Below, piece by piece: positions 1 through 10,400 of a stretch of 64,000 nt of DNA. Positions within the stretch are counted from its first letter, which is position 1. Each line of letters begins with the position of its first letter. The notes beneath the pieces were generated by a model. The model saw only the letters and a program-made list of their open reading frames with translations. It did no database searches and was not told the DNA's origin. This stretch comes from Candidatus Woesearchaeota archaeon (GTDB lineage Archaea; Nanobdellota; Nanobdellia; Pacearchaeales; GW2011-AR1): NCBI GenBank assembly GCA_964372205.1, contig CAYJQB010000001.1, positions 226,967-290,966 on the forward strand. Reading direction: 5' to 3'. A program made the position numbers and the translations under genes.

Positions 1-89
1 CCTCCATCAACAATAACGTTAGAAGGATTCATATCTCCATGAATAAGAGCAATATCTACCTTTTTAAAGTCCTAGTTTCCTTATATTAA

Positions 90-641
90 GTGGAAATCTA
101 TTTCGTTAGACATGCCGAAAAAGAAAAGGATGTAGAAGACCCCTGGCTAACTGAAAGAGGAATCAAACAAGCAAAACTGCTGGCCAAGAGACTCAAGGAA
201 GAGAAGTTCACCCATTTCTATTGTAGCGACACTAAGCGAACGAAACAAACAGCAGAATATTTGGTTAAAGAGATAGGCATGAAACCTGAAATTGTGCCTT
301 GTTTGAACGAATATAGTTCAAAAATGCTAAAAACAGATACGGATGAATGGGAAGAGGGCGAGGCTATAAGATATACTGAACTTTTAAGTTTCTTAAAAAA
401 AATATCTGCCCACGCTTCCGAAACTAAAAAAATCTTAATTATAGCGCACGGAGTAACAAACAGACTGATAATGGCCGCACTACTCGACATTAATTTACAA
501 AATATAATCAGATTTGCACAACTTGAAGCCACAATTAATGTTGCTTATTGGGTTGAGCGTTTTGGTAACTGGAGATTACGTTACTGGAATGATAATAACT
601 ATCTTCCAAGTGAACTCAGACACAGCTTGGACGGATATTAA
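90..641 (+). CDS. histidine phosphatase superfamily protein (phosphoglycerate-mutase-like); GTG start
   Basis: N-terminal FVRHAE (RHG-type catalytic motif variant) and IIAHG second-His motif; 183 aa ORF. Confidence 0.6.
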   Translation: MEIYFVRHAEKEKDVEDPWLTERGIKQAKLLAKRLKEEKFTHFYCSDTKRTKQTAEYLVKEIGMKPEIVPCLNEYSSKMLKTDTDEWEEGEAIRYTELLSFLKKISAHASETKKILIIAHGVTNRLIMAALLDINLQNIIRFAQLEATINVAYWVERFGNWRLRYWNDNNYLPSELRHSLDGY

Positions 642-912
642 TTTTTCTTAAAAACCATTATTCCCTTCGGAGGAAATAAGTCTGGTTTTTCAAAATTGGC
701 CTTTATAAATTCGTAGTATTGGCATCGGAAATCTTTATCGGATAGTCTATATCGAAGGGTATTCTTTCAATAGATAACACCTCTCCAGATATTCTCATGC
801 GAGAGATTATTTGAATATGTATAAAAATCTTTCTTTAAACAGAGAATTTTAATTTTCATCTGATGAAATATATCGCAAGCCAAGTTTTTATGGGAGAGTT
901 ATTTATGCCTTC

Positions 913-1170
913 CTAGCAACAAGAAACGTCATAGAATTGTCTTCGCTGAAGAACTCTTCTTAATCTTCCAATTGCGTTATCTCTTATCTGTTCTACTCTC
1001 TGACGCGTCACGCCAAGAGATTGCCCTATGTCTTCTAGCATATTGTGTCCAAAATATATCTCTTCAAGAACAGTCCTTTCCCTTTCAGGCAAGAAACTCA
1101 TCCCATAAGTCAAAAGGTCTCTCTGTTCATGAGTTTCTATTGGAGAAACCACCAATGTTCGATAAACCAT
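913..1170 (-). CDS. small sigma-70 region-4-like HTH protein
   Basis: LPERERTVLEEIYFG...LEDIGQSLGVTRQRVEQIRDNAIGRLRR matches the sigma70 region 4 / ECF HTH pattern (RE..VL....G.....IG...GVTR.RV.QI...A...LR). Confidence 0.5.
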   Translation of the reverse strand: MVYRTLVVSPIETHEQRDLLTYGMSFLPERERTVLEEIYFGHNMLEDIGQSLGVTRQRVEQIRDNAIGRLRRVLQRRQFYDVSCC

Positions 1171-1266
1171 TATCTCCCAACCTCGCCAATATCAAGTTCA
1201 TCATTCAGCTTCCGGATAATATCGGAATCCATATTTACCTTTCAGAAAGTAAGGATTTAAGCATTT

Positions 1267-1704
1267 CTATAGTCCAATTTCTTCACATCTTTCAGTATCT
1301 TCTCCATAAGGAAACACTTCAGCATGACCGGATTTCACAACTTCTCTATTTACAAAAATGCCATCAGAATAAACATATCTAAGAAGCCTCCCATAAGAAT
1401 CTCTATCAGAAACATCACTTTCTAGCATAACATCCCTATCCAGTATAAGCTCTGAAAGATATTGAGTAGCTTCAACATATCCTGCTTCCCCAAATTCCGG
1501 AGCATCAACACAAATTAGTCTAACAATCTCTCCAGTTCCTATCTGGAATGTGTCTCCATCTATCACACTTACAACTCTATATGTCTGTTCATATCGAATT
1601 TGGTCAGATGGATAATCAAATCCTGGATTTCTGAAGATTATAATAAACATAACTATCAAGAAAACAATTAACATTCCAAGAAGCAATTTCCTATTTCTAA
1701 ACAT
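1267..1704 (-). CDS. membrane-anchored thermonuclease (staphylococcal nuclease / SNase-like)
   Basis: N-terminal TM helix; VIDGDTF...VRLICVDAPE...GYVEA...DRDSYGRLLRYVY motif set typical of SNase homologues. Confidence 0.75.
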   Translation of the reverse strand: MFRNRKLLLGMLIVFLIVMFIIIFRNPGFDYPSDQIRYEQTYRVVSVIDGDTFQIGTGEIVRLICVDAPEFGEAGYVEATQYLSELILDRDVMLESDVSDRDSYGRLLRYVYSDGIFVNREVVKSGHAEVFPYGEDTERCEEIGL

Positions 1705-1773
1705 GAAATTCCAAGTTTTCTTTATTTATAATTTGTTCCAAAGTTATATTAACTTTCGTAACTTAAGAATATT

Positions 1774-2037
1774 ATGAGTCTTCTGAAAAGAATTGAACCT
1801 TTCCCTAATCCAATTCCACGTGTGGACGAAGAATTAGAACCTCCTCCTCCAATGATTGATGTTCTGACATTTCAAGCACTAAGTGGAATTCCTCTTCCGA
1901 TAATTGTAGGATACATTGAAGAAAGAGCACAAAGGCATTATTCCCCTATCCCAATTTCACTGATAGCCCCTCAAGCCACATCAGATAGATCGATAATACT
2001 ATATTCCGGACCTGGATTGGACTATCAAGTTGATTAG
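1774..2037 (+). CDS. hypothetical Pro-rich small protein (doubtful)
   Basis: 87-aa ORF in a divergent intergenic region; no recognisable motif. Confidence 0.2.
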   Translation: MSLLKRIEPFPNPIPRVDEELEPPPPMIDVLTFQALSGIPLPIIVGYIEERAQRHYSPIPISLIAPQATSDRSIILYSGPGLDYQVD

Positions 2038-2072
2038 CCAAGCCTTAAATATATTTAATTCCAGATAGTCTT

Positions 2073-2537
2073 ATGCTAAATCTTACCACAATTGTTATTG
2101 TCATAATTGCTTTAATTGCAGTCTTCATAGCATTTCGTCTAGGTCAGAAATACGGAGCTTTTAGGAAAGAGCAGTACTGGCTCGGAGAACTTCCAAATCA
2201 CAGAAAGGATGCCATAATGAAGTCTCGAGCAGTTTTAGGAGGACACTTCACGGAGAATCTTGCTCCGTATTTGCCAAATTTTCCTTTTGTTCCAACAGAA
2301 TGTAGGTTTGTAGGAAAGCCTGTAGATTTTCTTGTGTTTAAAGGAATGGATGAAAAAAAGATAGATGAAGTCATTTTTGTAGAAGTGAAGAGTGGAAATG
2401 CCAAACTCTCTCCTCAAGAAAAGAACTTGAAGGAAGCCATAGACAAAAAACGAGTTAAGTTTGTTGAATACAGAATTCCTTCAGAACTGACGGACAAAAA
2501 TGACATTGAAGATAAGTTAGGTGAATTTTTAGATTAA
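2073..2537 (+). CDS. membrane-anchored PD-(D/E)xK nuclease-like protein (Hjc-like core)
   Basis: N-terminal TM helix; PVDFLVF...EVIFVEVKSGNAKLSPQEK resembles the D...E-V-K-S...Q core of archaeal Holliday-junction-resolvase-type nucleases. Confidence 0.45.
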   Translation: MLNLTTIVIVIIALIAVFIAFRLGQKYGAFRKEQYWLGELPNHRKDAIMKSRAVLGGHFTENLAPYLPNFPFVPTECRFVGKPVDFLVFKGMDEKKIDEVIFVEVKSGNAKLSPQEKNLKEAIDKKRVKFVEYRIPSELTDKNDIEDKLGEFLD

Positions 2538-2541
2538 TATC

Positions 2542-2829
2542 TTAACTGCCTCTTGGAAAACTTTCCATGTATGCTGGTCCAGATCTGTAAGGAGCATCTA
2601 CCTCTTGAGCCGCTCTAAAGAAATCTTCTTTTATTTGGCTTGATCGATGTTCAGGTGCTCCAACAATTATCTCTGTAGGCATTGAATCGATAGCAGTTAA
2701 TCCTTCTAAAACATGATATCCTTTCTCTCTCAAAGGTCGTATTAACCTCTCCTTCTCTTCTGAACTGAACTTTCCTCCAACAACTCTATTTTGATCAAGA
2801 TCAAATCTCTGGTACACTGCATTTGTCAT
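2542..2829 (-). CDS. hypothetical protein
   Basis: 95-aa ORF, no motif recognised. Confidence 0.3.
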   Translation of the reverse strand: MTNAVYQRFDLDQNRVVGGKFSSEEKERLIRPLREKGYHVLEGLTAIDSMPTEIIVGAPEHRSSQIKEDFFRAAQEVDAPYRSGPAYMESFPRGS

Positions 2830-2853
2830 GAAAAACTCACTTTTTGTCCATAT

Positions 2854-3459
2854 TTAAATATTTGCGCTTTGATTGGCACCAAGTCTTCTTCCTGTTTTCA
2901 TATTCTCAATTATAATTCCAACTCTCTTCATCCTTGTTTCAGGCCTCTTCGCATGAAGTAGCCATCTGAAATACATTCTCTTTTGAGATGGGGGAAGTTT
3001 TTCAAAATTCTCCTTGGCTGTTTTATTCTTCTTTTTTTCAAGCTCCGCCTTCAAATCCTCTGGCATATCAGGATTCTTAGGTATTCCATGATCATGCGGT
3101 TTCTTAGTCAAACCGAGTTCAAACATCTCTTTTCCAAAATCAGACATTTTCCCTTGAGAAATCATCTCTCTAGCTCTTGCAAAAGTGTTATCGCTCCATC
3201 TGCTTGTCTTTTTTCTCTTAACAAATGTAACTCCATACTTTTCATCATCTATTCTTTTCAACGTTGTATCAATCCATCCAAAACATATTGCCTCATTCAT
3301 AGCAATACTTTGATTGAACATTCCTTTTCCAGTATGTTTTTTGTATCTTATTAGCAGAACTCTATCTTCTTTCAAGTGATTCTTTTCAAGCCATGCTCTC
3401 CACTGCTCAACATTTTCACAAGTGATTTGTTTTATTTTCTCTTTATTATTCATCATCAT
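2854..3459 (-). CDS. YdeI/OmpD-associated (OmdA-domain) family protein
   Basis: W..WL..NH at N-terminus, CFGWID motif, C-terminal LPPSQKRMYFRWLLHAKRPETRMKRV typical of the YdeI/OmdA family. Confidence 0.55.
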   Translation of the reverse strand: MMMNNKEKIKQITCENVEQWRAWLEKNHLKEDRVLLIRYKKHTGKGMFNQSIAMNEAICFGWIDTTLKRIDDEKYGVTFVKRKKTSRWSDNTFARAREMISQGKMSDFGKEMFELGLTKKPHDHGIPKNPDMPEDLKAELEKKKNKTAKENFEKLPPSQKRMYFRWLLHAKRPETRMKRVGIIIENMKTGRRLGANQSANI

Positions 3460-6400
3460 AATCTTTCTATTGTTGTCCAGCCAACTAATCTTCTTAAATT
3501 ATCTATAAGTTTTGCCCATCCGTTACCCTCTCCTTCTGGAGAATAATTCAAGTTTCCTATTGGCGCTCCCCCAGAATTCATAAAGATACTATTTATCTCT
3601 GCATCACTTAAATCTCTATCGTAGAAACGAAATTCATCCATCATTCCCGTAAATTGATTAGCCGAGTTCCAAGGGTCTGCACCAAGAGCAAGAACATGAG
3701 TGAGTGTTAAGATAGGACCAGAAGCTGAGATTTCTTCTACTTTCTGCCCATCAATCCACAAACTAAGGAATAATCCATCATAGCGAACCACATAATGATG
3801 CCATTCCTCATCTCCAACTATAGTATGGGAAAGCCCGTAGGTATTATCATCAGTCGCAAGTCCTGCCGTAACCGTATTGGCGTCTGAAAAGCTCAGAGCA
3901 ATCTTATTGGGATGTGCATAGAATACCTTCCCGTCAGAATCAGAAAGATTACGCTTCACCCAAACGCCAATAGTAACAGCCTCAAGACCATTAAGTTCAG
4001 AAAAGTGCGTTTGCTGTAGATAACTAATGTTAGTAGTTTCTGAGAAAATCAATGAATTGCCATTAACTCCTTCACCATAAGTAGGTTCCATATTAGTAAG
4101 AAGTAAATGATTTCCTCGTCCAGACATATCAATATATTGACCATCAAAAGGCATGTAAACCAAAAGATCTGGATCCTCCGTATTTACTACCTGAATAGTT
4201 TTCTGATGGATATCTGTTCTGCCTGAAGAATCAACAGCAGTCAATGAAATAGCATGTTCTTCAACGAGAACAGTACGCAGGGAAAAGGTTGCATTGTTAA
4301 TGCGAATCCTATTCGTATCTCCACCACATCCAAGAGATTCCTTCTTCAGATAAACAGGACGAAGATCATTCTGCGGTGAGATACGGATATAATCGCTACC
4401 AATCTCTCGGATGATATATATTCTCGCATTTGACAGAGGAGAAGGAAGCCCCGTTCCATCAAAAGCAGTAACCATGACGAACTGTTCCAAAAATAGTCCA
4501 GTTGGATCAATGTATAATTTGCTAAACTCTAACTCTTGCTCATCCGTCAAATCATAATAAAAACATTCCCCATTGTCGTAATAATGTGTAGGAGGAAGGT
4601 TGAAGTGAAACTCCTTGAAATCAAGAGCACTATCAGCAGTATCCAGTTGAAGTGAAAGAGTATCTCCGTTGCCAACTACATTACCATTATCTTTCCATTC
4701 TTCACTTTGCAAAGATCCAACGCAAGCATAAGACCCGCTATAGAAATCAATCTCAGAACCACTAAAAACAAACTTGTTATTACCAGTTTTCAACGGATCA
4801 CTTCCAATAAGAGAAACTGGATTAGAGGAAATCTCGCAAGGTCTAAAATAACTCCAAGGTCCTTTTCTCGGAGTGGAATCTTCAAGATAAGATAAGTCTA
4901 CTACTTCTCGAGAACTATCCTCCAGGAGAGAATCATCCGGCCCGACAAAGCCGTAGGCTCCCCGTTCACGATTAACAGTTGGATATACAGTACCAATAGT
5001 CAATTCATCTCTGAATGTAGAATTAAGAGTATCGTGATTATTTGAAACATCCTGAGAATTAGTCATATTTTGTTCAGGAAAATCAAAATCGCTGAAGACC
5101 GCATTGACAGCAAATAAGTTCTTTTGCAGTTCTCCGTCAAGTTCAGGTACTTGAGTACCTCTTTCTCTCCAAACCCAGTTAACTCCGGGATTTCCAAAAT
5201 GCGCAAAGTAAAGATGATCCGTTGCTGCTGGTTGATTCTGAACAGGACCATCATTGATATTTTCAACAAAGACATTAACGAACGCCAAATCACTGATGCC
5301 ATATATGGCACAATCATAGAGGATGTTCTGGCTACCTAAAATACGATGTGCCAACACCCCATAATTAATTACATTTTCTACACGTCCATTGCACGAACCT
5401 GAAAAATATTGGAACACGTCCGTGTGATGGTCCAAAATGGAACCATCTAACCAATATATTTCTGTGTTTAAGACTAATTTAGAATTTTGCACCACGTCAC
5501 CAGATGACTTCTCAATCAACGATCCACGAAGGAGTTGCGCATCCGTAAATCCGTAAATCATGTCATAAGAATGAGAATTTGTTACATAGTAGCCAGAGTA
5601 ATCGGTTCTGAACGGACTAGACCCTCCATTGGAGTCTCCCCATCCTTTAGATTTTGTAATGAGGACATCGTCCAGCCAGACAGCATAATTTGTGTAAAAC
5701 TGAGAAACACGTGAAAAATCAACAGCAATATCCTGTAACTTTAATCGTTTTAGCTTTCCTCTCAAGTCGCTGTGGATAGGAAGATTCCAGCTATCCCAAT
5801 AAAAAAATAATCCATCTACATCTGGGTCATAAGCATAATTAACATCATCAGGATACACAGTTCCTTGGTCAATACCATAGGTTAGAAATACCTTTTTGCC
5901 ATTAATACTAGGATCGGAAGTGATTGTTACCCAGTGTTCAAACCCAGATAATGTACCACTTCGCATATTTGTTACACCATAATGGCCTTCTTCAAGCAGA
6001 ACAATCGTGCTCCCTTCATACCTTGCAGGATCGCTTGCCATGGTTTCAAAAGCTTGCCTGATAGTTCGATGTGGATTGTCCCTTGACCCATCAGTAACAG
6101 GTTGTTGATTGCTTGGTTGCACATACAATGTAGCAGAATTGGTATATGTATCGTTGCTATTTGTATACAAAAACATCGAATGTTCTCCAATCGTGATACG
6201 TTCTGTTCCAGGAATGTTATCATAGAGTTTGGTTCCATCAATTGCTCCTGATAGAACTCGCGGTTTCCCTTCGAAGGGATATATTATGGCGCGTACTTCA
6301 ATCATTTGGTCAGTAACGCTTGATGCGTTCACGCCGACAGTGTACTCATAGACATCCGTTCGTGAATTAAGAGTCATTTCGGAGACTGCTAAAAAAGGTC

Positions 6401-7418
6401 CTCCGTTAAGGGAGAACTCCAGCCTATTAATTCCTACCTTATGAAACGCAACAATTCCCAAGTTAAAGAGATTCCCAACCATATCACTGCTTCCACCAAA
6501 GCGTTGATAAGGAACAACGTCCCACCTTGCAATTGCCTGTGCATCTTCTTCAACCCCAATTGTCTCAGATATAGTATTTCCAAAACTATCAATTATTGGT
6601 CCGCTGTTGTCAACTAAAATTCCGTTTTCAAACCTCCAGTCACCATTAAAGCCCAAACCAGGAACAAGGATGACTCCATTCTCAGTAACATTTCCTTCAT
6701 CAGTTTCATCTCCATCATCCGTGCTTTGACATCCAGGATCAACCGGAAAGTCAATAAGTCCATCACCATCATCATCAGCTCCATTAGAACAAGCAGGAGA
6801 GCTTCCTCCACCTCCTCCCCCACCGCCACCTCCTCCTCCGCCTCCTCCATTCCCACGAGTTCCATCATCCCCATCTCCACCTTCATCTAACTGACAATTT
6901 ATAGGAGAGACAGCAGAACAATACCCAAAAGATTCAGAACCAGCAGATATCTGAACATAATCAACACTCGACACTTCATCTCTAGAAAAGCTGAACTCTT
7001 TACTTCCAGGAGATAAATCGACTTTTCTCACAAACGGAAGGAATGCAAGCCAATCAATAGTTTTTCTTACGGCAATGCTCAAAGGAGAAAAATAAACATC
7101 TTCAGAAAAACTATCGTCAAGGTTTTCAGTTGGATCTCCAAAAACAAAGTTTATAGAATCAACATTATCCAGATTTCCCTCAACAGTAACTTTCACTTCA
7201 TCATTATCATATAAACAAGAAATCGGTCTTACAGAAGCTTCACTACAGAACTCTTCCAAAGACTGAGTTGTTCCTTCTGCTCCAGAACTTGTACCCTTTC
7301 CATCTGTAATAAGTTGAGGAAGAAACACAAGAAGTATTCCAACTGTAACAACAACTATAGCAAGAACTAGATAATGCACTGGCTGTAATGTAAACCACCC
7401 TCTTTTAATCATTTTCAT
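3456..7418 (-). CDS. giant secreted/surface protein (1320 aa) with N-terminal signal anchor, 16-Gly tract, DDDGDGLID Ca-binding-type motif, C-terminal ConA/LamG-like lectin domain
   Basis: Continuous 1320-aa ORF; N-terminal TM (LVLAIVVVTVGILLVFL); poly-G plus acidic D-x-D-G-D motifs; C-terminal region with lectin-like HYVVRYDGLFLSLWIDGQKV pattern; paralogue of the adjacent gene. Confidence 0.85.
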   Translation of the reverse strand: MKMIKRGWFTLQPVHYLVLAIVVVTVGILLVFLPQLITDGKGTSSGAEGTTQSLEEFCSEASVRPISCLYDNDEVKVTVEGNLDNVDSINFVFGDPTENLDDSFSEDVYFSPLSIAVRKTIDWLAFLPFVRKVDLSPGSKEFSFSRDEVSSVDYVQISAGSESFGYCSAVSPINCQLDEGGDGDDGTRGNGGGGGGGGGGGGGGGSSPACSNGADDDGDGLIDFPVDPGCQSTDDGDETDEGNVTENGVILVPGLGFNGDWRFENGILVDNSGPIIDSFGNTISETIGVEEDAQAIARWDVVPYQRFGGSSDMVGNLFNLGIVAFHKVGINRLEFSLNGGPFLAVSEMTLNSRTDVYEYTVGVNASSVTDQMIEVRAIIYPFEGKPRVLSGAIDGTKLYDNIPGTERITIGEHSMFLYTNSNDTYTNSATLYVQPSNQQPVTDGSRDNPHRTIRQAFETMASDPARYEGSTIVLLEEGHYGVTNMRSGTLSGFEHWVTITSDPSINGKKVFLTYGIDQGTVYPDDVNYAYDPDVDGLFFYWDSWNLPIHSDLRGKLKRLKLQDIAVDFSRVSQFYTNYAVWLDDVLITKSKGWGDSNGGSSPFRTDYSGYYVTNSHSYDMIYGFTDAQLLRGSLIEKSSGDVVQNSKLVLNTEIYWLDGSILDHHTDVFQYFSGSCNGRVENVINYGVLAHRILGSQNILYDCAIYGISDLAFVNVFVENINDGPVQNQPAATDHLYFAHFGNPGVNWVWRERGTQVPELDGELQKNLFAVNAVFSDFDFPEQNMTNSQDVSNNHDTLNSTFRDELTIGTVYPTVNRERGAYGFVGPDDSLLEDSSREVVDLSYLEDSTPRKGPWSYFRPCEISSNPVSLIGSDPLKTGNNKFVFSGSEIDFYSGSYACVGSLQSEEWKDNGNVVGNGDTLSLQLDTADSALDFKEFHFNLPPTHYYDNGECFYYDLTDEQELEFSKLYIDPTGLFLEQFVMVTAFDGTGLPSPLSNARIYIIREIGSDYIRISPQNDLRPVYLKKESLGCGGDTNRIRINNATFSLRTVLVEEHAISLTAVDSSGRTDIHQKTIQVVNTEDPDLLVYMPFDGQYIDMSGRGNHLLLTNMEPTYGEGVNGNSLIFSETTNISYLQQTHFSELNGLEAVTIGVWVKRNLSDSDGKVFYAHPNKIALSFSDANTVTAGLATDDNTYGLSHTIVGDEEWHHYVVRYDGLFLSLWIDGQKVEEISASGPILTLTHVLALGADPWNSANQFTGMMDEFRFYDRDLSDAEINSIFMNSGGAPIGNLNYSPEGEGNGWAKLIDNLRRLVGWTTIERL
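6783..7418. repeat. ~640-bp direct repeat, copy 1 (5' end of giant gene 1; the first ~240 bp are 100% identical to copy 2, the rest ~90%)
   Basis: Nucleotide comparison of 6783-7418 with 11023-11656 by eye. Confidence 0.8.
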
Positions 7419-7444
7419 TAACCGAAGAATTTCTATTTAAACAT

Positions 7445-10400
7445 TTATATCTCTTCTATTGAAAACCCCAGAATTTTTTTAAAATTATCTATAAGTTTTG
7501 CCCATCCGTTACTCTCTTCTTCTGGAGAATAATTCAAGTCTCCTACAGGCAAGCCTCCACCCCCTAAACACGGATATGCACCCACATACCCTCCATCGTC
7601 AGCCATGGAGCAAGGATCTACAGGAGGTTCTCCAATAGGACTGGATTCTGTAAGATGATAATCTCCATTTGCTTCATCAATGAATACCAATGACATGTCA
7701 AGTTCCTGGCTTTCAAAATAGTTGCTAAGATTATAAGTCCTCTGTTGCCAATGATCTGTAACAAACAAGTTATGGTGACGATCATAATTTGGACCAACAG
7801 CACCCCCACCAAAAATATTATTTTTTACAACTACATTCTGGAAGTTGTCTCCGAATCCGATAGAACCAACAAGAGAATTACGTTCAATAGTGATTCCATT
7901 AGGGCTCCTTCCTTCATAGGACGAGTTCCAGCCAGATATGCCTACATTTCCGTGATTATACCTGAAGGTTATTCGTTCAGATTCTGAAACAGTCATATCA
8001 GTTGCATTAATAACAGTATTATTTTCTACTAATATGTCTTGGCTATTCTGGTATGTGGATATGGAATTGCCGTGCTGTCCAGCGCTATCATGAATATAGT
8101 TATCAGAGATTATTCCATCTTTAGCAAATGCAAAGTATATACCAGTTCTTCCCACACGAGTAATTTCATTACTTCTAACTAAAAATCCCGTACCCTGAAC
8201 TGACGAATTTCTTCCCCCTATACTTATTCCTCTTCCAATCAAAGTATCATGGATATAATTGTTTTCAATCAAGAGGTTATCTGCGAGGAGAATGCCAATA
8301 GAGAATCCTTTGATATGCCTTAGCTCATTATTTCGAATCTCAATATTTTGAATATCTGAATTGCTACCTTTATCGCGATTAACGATAGGCGTTCCCACAT
8401 ATCCTTCAATAGTAAATCCATCAATGATAATGTTGTTTTTTCCATTTAGCTCAAAAGCAATATTTTTACCAAATTCCTGTATGTTGTTTACAGAAGAAAG
8501 AGGCCAAAGATAGATTCTTGACATATCATAATCAACATAAAACTCTCCAGGCTCGTCCATAATCGATGGATGATTCCAAAGAGAATAAGTGTCTTTATCC
8601 TGTTCAAGAGAGGTATCTAAAGATTCGAAAGTAACTATGTGTAAATTAGGGTCATAAGTAAGAATCTCACGATAAAAGATGTTATTATTTCCTGAGTGGA
8701 TAATTAAGTAGCTTCCAACCCAGTAATTTGAATCAGGGTGAGTAAACACTGCAGCATCCGTGATAGAAGTTTGAGTAATTTCGGATGGACTGTACCATCC
8801 ATCAGGCTTATTAAAATATAATTTGTCTACAGGTGTTGGATCTTGTGCAACACTAAGCAAGGTGCTCTCCTCAAATAGCACAACTTCTTCTATTGGAGGA
8901 AGATTCGATTTATTAACATAATATACATTCTGCCAATTCGGATTATCTTGGCATTCTGCTTGCGAGGCACAGAGTTGCCAACCTGGAAGACTACTAAATC
9001 CAGAGACGACTGGTTTTTCCCCAGGGTACGCCTTAAATGTTATTGGTTGCCCCGGAAGCCCTTCATTATTAAACCAGACCGAAATATCTTCATCTCGCGC
9101 ATCGTAATGATAACCAATTTCATCGTAGACTCCTTCTCTGACTAAAACTGTATCTCTAGGCTGTATAACATCTGCTGCATGCTGTAGTGTTTTCCAAGGT
9201 TGTGAAATTGTTCCAGGATTTCCATCATTTCCGGAGGTGCTGACATAATAAGTAGCTTCTTCATCAGTGCTATTCTCTGTATTGTCATCGGAAGATAAGC
9301 ATTCAAGATCAAGCCCATAATCAATAAGTCCATCTCCATCATTGTCTTCAAAGTCTCTGCATTCAGGAGGATTTATTCTATACTTATTCCACATAGCTTC
9401 TGCAAATCCACTGATGTATCCAGCGCCGCCAGTATTGTTGTCTTGTCCATGTCTATATGGAAATCTTCCAATTCCATCAGAAGGGTCACTATCCATTATA
9501 CATGAGCTGAGATTGTTTGGATTTTCTCCATAAGTCACTTTATAGAACTCAGGTATCAGATTCTCACATCTGACTCCTCCACAATCATCATTAGGAGATG
9601 GTCCATGATCTACTCCACAAAGTTGGCCATTATAATCTCCTCCATTACATTGTCCCCCAGCACAATATCCATTAGGACAGGCGTTCACGTTCGCGTAAGT
9701 GCATACATTTCCATTATTGCTTCCTCCAACACAATATCCCATCACCGGAGCACATATATCTGGTTGTGCCCACGCCCCAAGATTAACCCATCTGTTGACA
9801 TAATCCTCAAACAATTGATTATTCCAGACATTTTTTGCTTCAGGCAATAATTGATTTATAAGAACAGAGCCTTTCCATATCAAGCTGTTTATTCCTTTCT
9901 GATAACTTGTTCCTGGAACAACTCCTCCATCAATATACCCATAAGGATCGGAAAGAGTTCTGCTTGCAGAATCAGTAGCAAGAGCTCTCCAATACCAAGA
10001 GGTTCCCTCTCCAAACAAAACTGTCCCAACTCCACTATTTGCCTGTGGATAGAAAGTCAAAAATCCATCTTCTTGGAAGGTCATCTTAGGAGCATTCATA
10101 ACGTCATCTTTCCAGGTTTGATTGTTGAAAAGTAATGCCGTGAATATTATAGGAGTCTTTCTCCCACTTCCATGTCCCCCATTTGGATACCAAACTCCAC
10201 CGTTATCCATTATGTGATAAAGGTCTATTCCCATCTGCATGTAATGCACTAATTGAGGAAACTTATCTTCGTAAGTGTCATTTAACATGAATCTTAATGC
10301 AGCGTCCCCATTATCTATAGCTACTCTACCACCATAACCTCTGTAACTCCCACTCCTATTGTAATTATCATAAGGTCTTACCTGTTCACCCGGATAACTT

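Noticed and set aside
1-74. Kinase-like catalytic-loop motif (LIHGDMNPSNVIVDGG, Bud32/RIO/APH-like) in a minus-strand frame at the window edge
   Set aside because: The frame is closed by a stop codon 4 codons upstream with no start codon. A catalytic loop cannot be N-terminal, so at best this is a gene remnant continuing off-window. It is not called as a feature.
972-1382. 136-aa and 71-aa plus-strand ORFs overlapping the sigma-r4-like and nuclease genes
   Set aside because: They lie entirely antisense to better-supported ORFs and have no motifs, so they are likely spurious.
6614-6886. 90-aa minus-strand ORF (MKVEMGMMELVGMEEAEEE...) inside giant gene 1; its twin at 10903-11130; and the poly-Pro ORF at 10947-11138 (+)
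   Set aside because: Alternate-frame or antisense read-through of the (GGN)16 Gly-codon tract. Low-complexity E/M/P runs and the duplication simply mirror the duplicated 5' gene segment.
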